A program made the position numbers and the translations under genes. DNA of 57,637 nucleotides from Chloropicon primus. Lineage: Eukaryota. The notes beneath the pieces are model-generated. The model saw only the letters and a program-made list of their open reading frames with translations, was not told the DNA's origin and did no database searches. Location: positions 1,798,001-1,855,637 of the forward strand of contig CP060754.1 of the NCBI GenBank assembly GCA_023205875.1, given 5' to 3'. Shown here piece after piece: positions 1 through 10,039 of this stretch (position 1 is the first letter of the stretch; every line of letters begins with the position of its first letter).

Positions 1-79
1 TTCTCGAGCTCTGCCCCACCCTCCTCCATCTTCTTGCGCTTGCCACTCATGCTCTCCCGTTTGTTCAACACCACGCCTG

Positions 80-485
80 TTGCCAAAACCTTCAGCCGAT
101 GTATCAATCGAAAGCCCTTGAGACGCCCTTGCGTTCTTTCCACAGCTCCTCCCTTTCCCCGTCACCTTTCGTGCACAAAGTCCTCGACAAGCACCTACCC
201 TCTCCCCGTCATGCGCCGACAAACCCCCGCGAGGCGTTACCTCTCTCCTCTAGGGTTTTTGCGAAGCCCAATTCAAGCCAGGAGGCGAGCTAAGAAGGGG
301 ACGAGGGCAAGAGGGACGAGGGAGACCAGGATCCAAGGAAAGACTTGATTGTTCTCTCCATTGCTTTCCATGGATCAAGAAATGAGTTGGATCTGCCGCT
401 TGCTTGCTTTGTAACGTGCGCGGCGGTCTCGTGTCGGCGGCAACGACGACGACGGTGACGATGGCAAAAGACAATCATGACACAG
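80..485 (-). other. Conserved non-coding modules B (485-320) and A (190-80), homologous to 29593-29900
   Basis: Core blocks are 24/26 and 28/30 identical to the second locus. Confidence 0.6.
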
Positions 486-590
486 AGACCAAAGAGTGAC
501 ACTGTCAAAAAGTGACATTGTCGTTAATCTACGTTTTACTTATATCGAGTCTCCTAAGGCTTGTGTGCTCTGCGGAAGGAATCTCCCACC

Positions 591-1295
591 TCACTCTTCT
601 TCCTGCTTCCATCCGTCGAGGGAGGCTGGAAAAAAATTCACGAATTTTTTGTTGGTCCTGGGAACCGCCATCATGGCCGCGACTTCCTCGCGCCACTTCA
701 GGTAGTGGGCCGTGCCCTTGTGGGCCGCTGGGGCATCGGCCGAGGAGTAAACCTCAACAAGGACGAATTTGGTGGGGTCGTCGGCCTCCTGCAGGAGGTC
801 GAAGCGAGAAACGCCGGGCTCCTTGATCGAGTTGGAGGCGTTCTCGATCGAGGCCTTCTTGAACGCCTCCTCGCAGCCCTCCTTGACTTGGACGAAGACG
901 TGGACCGCGACGAGGTCCGCGGAGGACGACTCCCTCTCTCCCCTGGAGAGGAAATCCGGCACGGCCCACCCCTCCCGAGTCCCGGGACAGATCGCGGTGT
1001 ACTTGACGCTCGTGCGAGTGACGGCCATCATGGCCGCGACTTCCTCGCGCCACTTCAGGTAGTGGGCCGTGCCCTTGTGGGCCGCCGGGGCATCGGCCGA
1101 GGAGTAAACCTCGACCAAAGTAAAGTTTTTCTTGTCGTCGGCCTCCTGGATCAAATCGAACCTCGCGATCCCGGGCTCCTGCACGCTGTTCGTGGCGTTG
1201 TGGAGGCTCGCCTCCACGAATGCCTCCTCGCACCCGTCCTTCACCTTCACGTCCACGTGCACGGCGAGAAGCCCACCGTCCGCTGTCCCCGCCAT
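591..1295 (-). CDS. Tandem two-domain ABM (dimeric alpha-beta barrel) protein, LsrG/antibiotic-biosynthesis-monooxygenase-like
   Basis: Two ~119-aa repeats AVHV.V.VK.GCEEAF..AS..NA.NS..EPG..RFDL.QEADD...F.LVEVYSSADAPAAHKGTAHY, matching the LsrG/ABM pattern. Start set at MAGTADG (1295); the ORF is open to 1475. Confidence 0.8.
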   Translation of the reverse strand: MAGTADGGLLAVHVDVKVKDGCEEAFVEASLHNATNSVQEPGIARFDLIQEADDKKNFTLVEVYSSADAPAAHKGTAHYLKWREEVAAMMAVTRTSVKYTAICPGTREGWAVPDFLSRGERESSSADLVAVHVFVQVKEGCEEAFKKASIENASNSIKEPGVSRFDLLQEADDPTKFVLVEVYSSADAPAAHKGTAHYLKWREEVAAMMAVPRTNKKFVNFFPASLDGWKQEEE

Positions 1296-1508
1296 CCCCA
1301 CCCCTCTCCTCCCTCCTCCCCACAATCCTCTTTCTCCCGTCCTCCCGTCTCTCCCTCCTTTGCAGTTCCTCCTCCTCCTTGTTTCCCCGTCCCTCCCGTT
1401 CCCCGTCCTTGTTCCACCGTTCCCACTCCTCCTGGTCCCCGCCCTCATCCCTCTCCCCTTCTGGATAAGGCCCATGAGAGATCCTCTCTCTCCCTCTCTC
1501 TCTCTCCC

Positions 1509-1545
1509 TCTAAACCCTAAAACAAAAACCTAAACCCTAAACCCT
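1509..1545 (+). promoter_or_regulatory. Telo-box-like (AAACCCT)n cluster in a divergent promoter
   Basis: ctaaaccctaaaacaaaaacctaaaccctaaaccct lies between the divergent ABM and DGAT2 starts. Confidence 0.5.
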
Positions 1546-1630
1546 GACCTGAGAGGACGGACGGAGAGGAGAGAGGAGAGGTCGGTCGTCGCTCTCTCTC
1601 TCTCTCTCTCTCTCTGTGGTGGAAGGAAGG

Positions 1631-3805
1631 ATGAGCGTGCCGCTGTCTGTGGCGCTCCTCGTGACGCTCCTGACGCTCCTGACGCCGACGACGTACGTGC
1701 TCCTCGTGAGCAACAAGGGAAGGAACGACAAGGGGAAGGGGTTCCGGTTCGGGTTCCGGTTCCGCAACAACAACAACAGCAACAACAACAACAACCGGGA
1801 CGAGGACGAGGACGAGGGGAAGAGGGGGGATGGGAGGGGGAGGGAGCCGGAGGGGGAGGGGGGAGGGAGGAGGAGGAGCAGGTCGGCGTCCGAGGGGGAG
1901 GAGGGGGAGGACGAGGAGGAGAAGCAGTTGAAGCACCTGTACAAGACGGAGGCGAGCAGGGAGGCCAGAAACCGTTACTTGCTGCTCTGCACTCTCGCTT
2001 GGGTGGTCTGGGCCACGAGCTTCGTGTCGGGGCTGCTTGTCGTGTACCTGTCCAAGGACTCGCACCTGCTGCTGGTGAACTTGGGGGCGACCTTCATATC
2101 AAGCCTCTTCGCGGAGGTTTTCATGATATCCGCCTTCGTGGCATTCGCCAATCCGACTCAGGGGGAGGGGAAGGGCAGGTTGACGACGACGTCGCGGGGG
2201 GGCAGGAGCATCCCGTACGCGGTCCTCGTCCTGGGAACGTTCATGTCGATCCTCGGGGGGGTGTTGGTGAGCCTGATCGAGTTCCTCCCGGACGAGACCT
2301 CGAAGCTGGTCTACACCTTCCTCGCGGCGGTGAGCATACTGATCGGGGTGACCAAGACCCACGGCCTGGGGGGCTGGGTGATGCACAGGACGAGGCGGCG
2401 AAACCGCAGCGGGTTCGCCTTGAGCCCCACGCTGCCGAGGAAGGGGAGCGGGGGCCTCAGCGTGAGCGAGCAGTTCGATAGCAACTGGTCCTTTTGGCAG
2501 CCCGGGCGGGGGGGAACCGTCTTCATCATCACGCAAGTGTGCGGCTGGTGCTTCTTCGCCACGTCTCTGCTGGGCCTGGCCTGGATCAGCAAGTTTGCCG
2601 TGAACAAGATCAAGAGTCTGAGGAGCGTCACCCTGCCGACGGCGGCGGTGATGATCGCGGCCCAGCTGGCGCTCGCGGGCTCCCTGACCTTCTTCAAGGA
2701 CTCTGGGGAGGACAGCACCACATTCCCGAAGAACTTGAGCGCTAGCTTCAGGTTGAAGGCTCTGGGCAAGGGCAAGGAGAGCTGGCTCAAGGTCGCGGAA
2801 GACAGCCTGACCATCTTCCTCTTCTACTGCCCGCACTACATTGTGATCTCCGCCTTTCTGATTCCTTACCTTTTCCTTCCCGTCGCGTACGCGTCGAGCA
2901 TCATGATGGGAGTCTACCTCCCGCTCCACCTGATGGGATCGATTGGGAACCCCCAGCTGACTGGGAACCGGGAGTCTCCCGCGTTCAGGGACTGGGTGGG
3001 CCGGAGCTTCGCGAGGATCAGCGACAGATTCATGGGGGGCATCCGTTTCGTTTGTGAGCTCAAGCCGCTCGAGGAGCGGGGGACGGGAAAGGCGGGGGGC
3101 GCGGGGGAAGAGAAGTACATTTTCGCGTACCACCCCCACGCGCTTTACCCCCTCGGCCTCGTCACCTTCCACCTGCTGCCCCACTTCGCGCGGTATTTCT
3201 CGGTGCGCCCCGTTACGCTGGTCGCGAGCGTCATCTTCCGCCTGCCCTTCATGCGGGACCTGGCGTGCCTGGGGGGCTTAAGGGAGGTCACCTCGACCTC
3301 CTTCCGAAGGGCGCTGAGGGAGAGGAACGCGGTGGCCCTCGTTCCTGGGGGTCAGGCGGAGATTTGCGTGGCCCCTCGGGCCCACAGCGTCACAAACCCG
3401 GAAATCGTCCTCAACACCAGGCACAAGGGCTTCATCAAGATCGCTCTGGAGAGCGGGGCGAGCATTGTCCCCGTGCTGTGCTTTGGCGAGATCTACCAGC
3501 TCAAGAACGGCATAAGCCTCCCAAGGCTCCAGGCTTGGACCTACAAGCAGTTTGGATTCCCGATACCGTTTCTGCCCGTCGGCCGGTTCGGCATGCCCAT
3601 CCCCCTGGCCAACGAGGGCGGCCGCCCCATCACCTTCGTGGTCGGGGAGCCCCTGAAGGTGCCCAAGCTCAAGGACGGGGCACCCGTGAGGGAGGCGGTG
3701 GAGGCCACGCACAAGCTTTACTACTCGAAGGTCGCCGACCTGTATGAGAAGCACAAGGAAGCCGCGGGCTACCAGGGGAAGAGACTCGTGCTGGAGCACA
3801 AGTAG
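1631..3805 (+). CDS. Diacylglycerol acyltransferase type 2 (DGAT2/MGAT family) with a long N-terminal multi-TM region
   Basis: YIFAYHPHAL, LVPGGQAE, RHKGFIKIALESGASIVPVLCFGE and ITFVVGEP are DAGAT motifs; several hydrophobic helices lie N-terminal to them. Confidence 0.88.
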   Translation: MSVPLSVALLVTLLTLLTPTTYVLLVSNKGRNDKGKGFRFGFRFRNNNNSNNNNNRDEDEDEGKRGDGRGREPEGEGGGRRRSRSASEGEEGEDEEEKQLKHLYKTEASREARNRYLLLCTLAWVVWATSFVSGLLVVYLSKDSHLLLVNLGATFISSLFAEVFMISAFVAFANPTQGEGKGRLTTTSRGGRSIPYAVLVLGTFMSILGGVLVSLIEFLPDETSKLVYTFLAAVSILIGVTKTHGLGGWVMHRTRRRNRSGFALSPTLPRKGSGGLSVSEQFDSNWSFWQPGRGGTVFIITQVCGWCFFATSLLGLAWISKFAVNKIKSLRSVTLPTAAVMIAAQLALAGSLTFFKDSGEDSTTFPKNLSASFRLKALGKGKESWLKVAEDSLTIFLFYCPHYIVISAFLIPYLFLPVAYASSIMMGVYLPLHLMGSIGNPQLTGNRESPAFRDWVGRSFARISDRFMGGIRFVCELKPLEERGTGKAGGAGEEKYIFAYHPHALYPLGLVTFHLLPHFARYFSVRPVTLVASVIFRLPFMRDLACLGGLREVTSTSFRRALRERNAVALVPGGQAEICVAPRAHSVTNPEIVLNTRHKGFIKIALESGASIVPVLCFGEIYQLKNGISLPRLQAWTYKQFGFPIPFLPVGRFGMPIPLANEGGRPITFVVGEPLKVPKLKDGAPVREAVEATHKLYYSKVADLYEKHKEAAGYQGKRLVLEHK

Positions 3806-3903
3806 TTTCTTTATTAAATATATGCATACATATATATATATATATATATGTTTTTGGGAAATAATTATAAGTTCAGTAAAATAGACCTTCTACCATTTTC
3901 GTT

Positions 3904-4671
3904 TCAGCACGTCCAGTTCTGGTCGGCCCCCACTTGGAGGTCCGCGAAGTTCGCCGCGAGCTTCCCCTCCGTCTTCCGGTGGATGACCTCCATCTCCTCC
4001 CCGGTGAGCAGGGAGAACTCCTGCACCCCAACCAGCGAGCCCACCTGCTTCAGCAGGTGCCCCTGCACCTCCATCAAGTCAGGGACGCCTCCCTCGCCGT
4101 CGGCATCCAGCTCCTTGGACATCGAGGTCACCTCCTTGTCCTTCAAGCCGCAAGGGACGATTTCTTTGAACCGGTCGAGGTCCGGGTCGACGTTGAGCGC
4201 CAGGCCGTGGGTCGCCACTCCCCTGGATATCTTCACGCCTATGGCGGCTATCTTCCTGTCGCCCACCCACACCCCCGTCGCCCCCGCCACGCGCCCCCTC
4301 CCCTCTATCCCGTACCGCCCCAAGGTGTTCACCACTGCGTCCTCCAGCATCTCGACGTACCTCCTCGCTCCCAGCTCCCAGGTCCGCAGCTTGAGTATCG
4401 GGTACACCACCAACTGCCCGGGCCCGTGGTACGTGACCTCCCCCCCCCTCGTCGTCCTCACGACGTCCACGTTCTTCCTCTCCTCCTCCGCGGTCAGCAG
4501 GTCCTCCTCCTTCCCCCTCCTCCCCAGCGTGAAGCAGGGCTGATGCACCAAGGACATCACCAAGGATGGCACGAGCCCCTTGTTCACGCAAGCCGCCAAC
4601 TTCTCCTGCACCTCCATCGCCGGCGCGTACCTCACCGGAGACCCGAACCTCACCACTCCCAACCTCCTCAT
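3904..4671 (-). CDS. lipB: Octanoyltransferase LipB/LIP2
   Basis: HQPCFTLGRR, RGGEVTYHGPGQLVVYP, KIAAIGV, HGLALNV, IVPCG. Start set at MRRLGVV (4671). Confidence 0.93.
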   Translation of the reverse strand: MRRLGVVRFGSPVRYAPAMEVQEKLAACVNKGLVPSLVMSLVHQPCFTLGRRGKEEDLLTAEEERKNVDVVRTTRGGEVTYHGPGQLVVYPILKLRTWELGARRYVEMLEDAVVNTLGRYGIEGRGRVAGATGVWVGDRKIAAIGVKISRGVATHGLALNVDPDLDRFKEIVPCGLKDKEVTSMSKELDADGEGGVPDLMEVQGHLLKQVGSLVGVQEFSLLTGEEMEVIHRKTEGKLAANFADLQVGADQNWTC

Positions 4672-5128
4672 CTCTCCTCCTCCACCCTCAATCCTCAATC
4701 TTATCCTCTCCGAAGCAGCCGGAACCCACCGTCCCGTCCCGTCCCGCCCCCAAAAAAGAAAAAGAAAAAGAAAAGCGCGAGGACGTCCGCGCCTTTCTTC
4801 CGTCCGGTTGCGGTGTTCCCCTCTTCCCTCTTCCTCCCCTTGCGTTGCGTTGCGTTGCTTTGCGTCGCGTTGGCCCTCGTCGCCGGCGAGATCTTGGATC
4901 TCTTTCTCTGGTTTTGGCGCGGCCCTGGTCTCTGGCCTTGGGGGAACACGGCGGAGACCAAACGAGGGCCTTGGCGCCGAGGAGCGCAACCACCACCGGG
5001 GCACACGACCGAGAGCGGCGTCACTGGCATAGGAGAGGAAGGACGGCACGACAGGGACAAGGTCAAGGTCAAGGACGAACACACGAGGAAGGACTGCAAG
5101 AGGAAGGAAACAAAAGGGGAAGGGAAAC

Positions 5129-7216
5129 ATGGTGACCTCTCAGGTGGGAGTGTTTGAGGATTTAATGAAGGACCCGCATCTTCGGGACTTGGTGGGCCAG
5201 GGGAAGGGGGAAGAGGAGGGGAGGAGGCCAATGAAGCCGAGGGCGGCCACCATGGACGGGGGGGCGAGGGGTGGGGGAGGCAACCAGGAAGGGAGGCGAG
5301 GGACAATGAGCTCGCAACACCAACACCAGCAGGGGATGAACACGCAATACGTTACTACGCAGGCCACGGCCTCGCCACGAGGACAGAAGAATCCCTTGGA
5401 GGCCGCCAAGGAGGCGGTGAAGAGCATAAGCCAGCAGATAAGCTCCCTGCAGGCTCGGGTGACCCAGAGCGAGCTGTCGGAGCGCAGCGCGGAGCGGGAG
5501 CTCGAGTCGAACCGAGACGGGTTGAGGAGGGCCAGGGAGGAGACGGCCAAGGCCGAGGCCAGGGTCGCCGAGCTCGCCGCGGCGCTGGCGAGGGCGAGAG
5601 AGGAGCTCCAGAACTCCAGGAGCCGGGAGGAGGCCTTCCAACGCGGGATGGACAAGGCCGGCGCGCAGCTGAGGGAGGCAAAGGAGGAGAAGGCGAGGTC
5701 CCTGTCCCAGCACAGTGCCGCTGCGAACGCTCAGAAGCACCTGGAGGAAAGCTTCCAGTACCTGGAGCAGATGGGCAGCGGGGATGTGGCGGGAGGCGTT
5801 CCCCCAGTCGTGGAACAGAACCCCTTGAGCGCAAGCCAGACCCCAGTGAGAACTCAAACCAGCCCCAGCAGCGTCGGCGGCGACTGGCCTTGGGACGAGG
5901 AGGCAGGAAAGGAGAAGAAAGGGGTTGACGCCGTGATTCGGGCGGCGTCCACCTCTCAGGTCGGTGCCAACGCGGACCCGGTGTCCATGCCGAACCCCTA
6001 CACGGACGAAGCAGTGGGAGAGGCCGACAACAAAAGCACGAAGGGGAGGAGCCACGGCAAGGGCCAGCTGACCATCGAGGAGAAGGCGAAGAGGGAGGAA
6101 ATGGCTGCACGCGCCGCCGCGGTGCAAAGGTCGAAGAGGGAGAAGGAGGCCATCTTGCAAGCGAGGCTCGCCAACAAGGCCAAGCTCGCGATGACGCAGC
6201 CCACTACGGCACAACCTCCTGCTGCCAAGCCCGCGCCCCCAAACGTCGTTCTCAAGACTTCGGAGCTCCTGAATCTGCAAAGGAAGAAGAACGAGGAGCA
6301 CCTGGCGCAAATGAAGAAGAACTTGCAGCAGCAGCAGCAGCATCATCAGCAGCAGCAATCTTCTCAGGCCGCAAAGCCTGCCGCAAAGCCTGCCGCAAAG
6401 CCTGCCGCAAAGCCTGCCGCAAAGCCTGCCGCAAAGCCTGGACCGGACGCGGGCAAGAAGAGCGCTGATTCCTCACCCGTGAAAGTCATCCGCGTTCCTT
6501 CGACCGCGCAGGAGGCGAGGGGGGGCGCCAGTAGTTCCGCTGCGCCAACACCTCCACCCGCGGCTCCCGAGGAGGTGGTCACGAGGGACGACGTGAGGAA
6601 TGAGCTGGAAGAAAAGTTCTATGCTTTCATGCCCCAGCAGCACGAATTCCGTGAGGCCTCGAAGGGGTCTGTCCCCGAAAGAAGCCGGGCGCCCCCAGGC
6701 GGCTTGTGCAACCGTCACTGCTCCCGCAACTGCCTAAAGAGCTGCACTGCGGGCTTCCTGCTGGCCAACGACATTCCAGTAAAAGCGACTTCCAGCAGCG
6801 GCAAGGTCGGGTTGGACGAGCTGTTTCAGACCGTGAGCAAGGCCATGCGAAAGTTCCACCCCGACAGGAATTCCGTGAGGAGGGTCGGGCTCGCAAGGTC
6901 GATGTATTGCGAAGAGGTGTGCAAGGACTTGAGCCTGCTGCAGAGCCTGATGGAGACAACGAACGAGGTAACGTTCGTGCTTTTGTTCGGCAACAGTGAC
7001 ATGCCGAAGATGAGGGTGACCTTGCCTCTGTCCGCAACCGTGTCGCAACTGAAGAAGAGGGTTGTGGACGACTACGAAAACTTGAGCGTGTCCTCCCTCA
7101 CTCTGAGAGTGGGTGGGATGGAGATGAAGGAGGCGAAGACCCTGAGCAACTGCGGCATCAAAGAGAACTGCATTGTGAACGTCCAGGCCAGCGCCAAAGG
7201 CTGGACAAGCTTCTGA
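5129..7216 (+). CDS. Coiled-coil protein with a J-domain-like HPD segment and a C-terminal ubiquitin-like domain
   Basis: 695-aa ORF with an N-terminal coiled coil, KAMRKFHPDRN and a C-terminal ATVSQLKKRV...LTLRVGGMEMKEAKTLSNCGIKENCIVNV (Ubl pattern). Confidence 0.7.
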   Translation: MVTSQVGVFEDLMKDPHLRDLVGQGKGEEEGRRPMKPRAATMDGGARGGGGNQEGRRGTMSSQHQHQQGMNTQYVTTQATASPRGQKNPLEAAKEAVKSISQQISSLQARVTQSELSERSAERELESNRDGLRRAREETAKAEARVAELAAALARAREELQNSRSREEAFQRGMDKAGAQLREAKEEKARSLSQHSAAANAQKHLEESFQYLEQMGSGDVAGGVPPVVEQNPLSASQTPVRTQTSPSSVGGDWPWDEEAGKEKKGVDAVIRAASTSQVGANADPVSMPNPYTDEAVGEADNKSTKGRSHGKGQLTIEEKAKREEMAARAAAVQRSKREKEAILQARLANKAKLAMTQPTTAQPPAAKPAPPNVVLKTSELLNLQRKKNEEHLAQMKKNLQQQQQHHQQQQSSQAAKPAAKPAAKPAAKPAAKPAAKPGPDAGKKSADSSPVKVIRVPSTAQEARGGASSSAAPTPPPAAPEEVVTRDDVRNELEEKFYAFMPQQHEFREASKGSVPERSRAPPGGLCNRHCSRNCLKSCTAGFLLANDIPVKATSSSGKVGLDELFQTVSKAMRKFHPDRNSVRRVGLARSMYCEEVCKDLSLLQSLMETTNEVTFVLLFGNSDMPKMRVTLPLSATVSQLKKRVVDDYENLSVSSLTLRVGGMEMKEAKTLSNCGIKENCIVNVQASAKGWTSF
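6368..6439 (+). repeat. Perfect 12-bp coding tandem repeat (GCCGCAAAGCCT)x6, encoding AAKP
   Basis: Directly visible in the sequence. Confidence 0.95.
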
Positions 7217-7352
7217 AAACCCACGACTTTCGCTAAAGATTCAAATATTTATGATTTATATTTACCCTATTGTACAATGACTAATAGCACAGGCGAAGGT
7301 ATGCACTCACATTGCGAGCTCCACCTTTCTTTCTTTCTCTTTCTCTCTCTCT

Positions 7353-9222
7353 CTACTTATTTTCTCCGACTCCTCCGAGTCTTGGTTTCCTGCTGGACTC
7401 CTGGATCTCGCCCAACTCCTGGAGGTTGCTGAAGGAGAATCTCTCCATATCCTCAGCGGATGATTGCTTGAGGGAAAACATTTTGGATGCCCTCTCCTCG
7501 GACTCCAGCGGACCTAGTTCCCCGATGCCAGAGTCGCTGTGCTTGTCGAAGTCCATGCTGGTGGTCCCTTGGTGATGGGCGTGCTCGGCCCTCACGCCCA
7601 GGTCCACCATCGTAGAATTCTTCTTGTCTTGCACCTTCCTCTCGTGCACTCGGAGTCTCGGCGGAGGTGAGGAGGGGGGGACTACCATGTTGACTTCAGC
7701 TTCCCTGTTGGGGGTCACAATAACTGTCCGACTCGCCTTGCCCATGTTCCCCTTCTCGTCCGAGACAAAGTACGTGATCACGTACATGCCTACCTTGTCG
7801 GGGATCCAGTTCAGAAGCTTTGCGGCCTTGTACCTCGGATCCAAGTACGCCGGAGTCAGCAAGGGCTCATTCTGAGGGGTGTCCTTGGGAACCACGTCGT
7901 CAGTCTCCTTCGACTGGAAGGAGATCTTGATCTTGATCAGGTCAGTCAAAACGCTTTCTTTGCCGTACTCCTGCTTCAAGTCCAAAGCCGTTGCCCCCGG
8001 GTCCACGAAAATCTTGTCCACCTTGGAAATGACGCAATAGTCCCCCCTAAGGAGGACCACGGGCCTCAGGAAGTCCGTCTGCTTCTCCCTGAGAACCAGC
8101 GCGAGGAGAAGAATGATGCTCAGCCCGAAAATCCCGGTGAACACGTACGCGGCCGCCCACGCGTGGTTTGTCTCCCCAAACTCGTCCACGAAGCCCAGCG
8201 TGAGCTTCGCGAACATTACCGTCACGACCGAGCAACCCAATGTGAGGACCCCCATCGCAAATGCCAGAGAGGCGTGGTGCACCAGCGTCTTTGTCGTCTG
8301 AATGTCCTCGTCAAAGGCGTCGTGTAGGTGCTCCCTCTCGCTCTCCAGCCTGAAGTAGAAGTCTCTAAGTTTCGTGATGGACTGAGTCCAGTGCTCCCTG
8401 TGCTCCTTGAAAGCTTTGAACGCCCCACCCAGCGCGTGCCTCCTCAGCTGGAGGACCCTCTCCTGGACGCTGTAGGTCAGGTACACCGCAGAAGCCAGGG
8501 TCATGAAGGAAACGCCGCTGGTGAGGGAGTAAAGTACGACGAGCCACGACATTTCGGACTGCGTGTTCGCGGGCAGGTCAGCTTCGATGATGACAACAAA
8601 GAGCGAGCCGAGCAGCAGGGTTTCCACCAGCAGAAACGTGGATATTTTCGAGATGTACTGCTCGGCCGTGTCCCTGATGTTCTCGCAAGAGGCGTGGAGG
8701 AGCTCCACTTGCAGGGCAATGTTGTGCATGGCCAGCGCCATCTCCTTCTCCCTGTCGTGCAGCTTGCACGCGAGCTTCACCTCCTGCCTGTGCCTCTTTT
8801 GACCAATGTCGATCTCGTGGTTGTGCAAGGACACGCTGGCCTTCAGGTCCTGGTGGTGCAACCTCCTCGCCTCCTCGATCTGCTCCTGGTGGTGCCTCAC
8901 CGCGGCGTACACTAACAGATCCAGCAACGACAACGAGTCAGTCCCGCGCGGCGTGCCAAGAGGAGAGGGAACATAGGCTCGTGCATCGTTCCGCTCGCGT
9001 CCTTACCGTCCGTGCAATCCAAAACATTCGGCAGCAGTCGATCCCAAAACAGCTTGCTCCATCGAAACTGACACACACACAACAACAGACGACACCGTCA
9101 GTCTCGTTTGGTTTGGTTTGGTTTGGTTTCCCTCGGGTCGAAGGAAGGTGCCTTACCATGAAGGGTATCGCCGCCGGGTAATACCCTCCGCTCCCCAGCC
9201 CCAGCGCACTCATGTACGACAT
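7353..9222 (-). CDS. Orai-like 4-TM membrane protein with a C-terminal DUF5011-type Ig-like domain; 3 exons (9222-9157, 9067-9007, 8911-7353)
   Basis: Both donors are GTAAGG, with CTGAC branch points and CAG/TAG acceptors giving one continuous frame (MSYMS...PFM-FRWSK...TD-VYAAVRH). Four hydrophobic helices, then PVVLLRG...FVDPGATALD...GMYVITYFVSDEKGN...RTVIV. Confidence 0.65.
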
Positions 9223-9332
9223 GGCAACAGCGTCGCTCTCTCCTCTCCTCTCCTCTCCGCTCCCGCGCTCGAGCTCGAGCTCGATCTGTCTGTCAATTTT
9301 TTCAAAGGAGCTCTGATCCCAAGGAAAGGAAG

Positions 9333-9968
9333 ATGGCGTCCAGTTTTGGAAGGATAATGAGGACTCGTGTGAGCGTGGTGGGAGCAGGAGCCAGAAGGAT
9401 GACGAGGGCCTCCTCCTCGTCCTCCTCCTCCTCCTCCTCCTCGTCGCCACAGATAGCAAGGCTTCAGATGCTGAGTGCTCCGGAGAGACACTCCGAAGGA
9501 AGCCCAATGGAACGAGTGAGAGACCTGGGACTCGTGCTGAAAGGAAGGGTGCCGACAAACCCAGCTGGAATCTATCACCCCGTCCTCCTCACTGGGAACC
9601 TGGCTCACGTCTCGGGCCAGATTCCTCGATTGCCCGACGGCACACTGCTGTGCGGCATTGCAGGGGACACGGCTTCATTGGAAGAAGCTACCGAGGCGGC
9701 CAGAAACTGTGGTCTGACAATGCTCTCAACCCTCGAAGCCCAGCTGGGCTCCCTCGACAGGGTGGTGAGGGTCGTCAAAGTGAACGGTTACGTGGCGGCA
9801 CATCCTGACTTCAAAGACCAATCCAAGGTGATCAACGCGGTGAGCAACCTCTTCATCGAGGTCTTTGGCCCAGCCGGGAAGTCTGCGAGGTCGGCAATCG
9901 GCGTCTCGTCTCTTCCCTTGGGAATCACGTGCGAGGTCGAGGCCGTGGTGGAGGTGGATCTCAGCTGA
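9333..9968 (+). CDS. Rid family (YjgF/YER057c/UK114) protein with a probable organellar presequence
   Basis: Y.P..LTGNLAHVSGQIP, VINAVSNLFIEVFG, ARSAIGVSSLPLG..CEVE; Ser/Arg-rich N-terminus. Confidence 0.88.
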   Translation: MASSFGRIMRTRVSVVGAGARRMTRASSSSSSSSSSSSPQIARLQMLSAPERHSEGSPMERVRDLGLVLKGRVPTNPAGIYHPVLLTGNLAHVSGQIPRLPDGTLLCGIAGDTASLEEATEAARNCGLTMLSTLEAQLGSLDRVVRVVKVNGYVAAHPDFKDQSKVINAVSNLFIEVFGPAGKSARSAIGVSSLPLGITCEVEAVVEVDLS

Positions 9969-10039
9969 CAAGCTTGCGAACCGCGCAAAATAACATAAAA
10001 TTTAATAACATACACACAACAGCGTGACTAATGTAGTAC

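Noticed and set aside
240..265. CTAGGGTTTTT between modules A and B as a telomerase RNA template
   Set aside because: A single telo-box-like motif, absent from the second locus and not matching 1.5 units of the terminal repeat.
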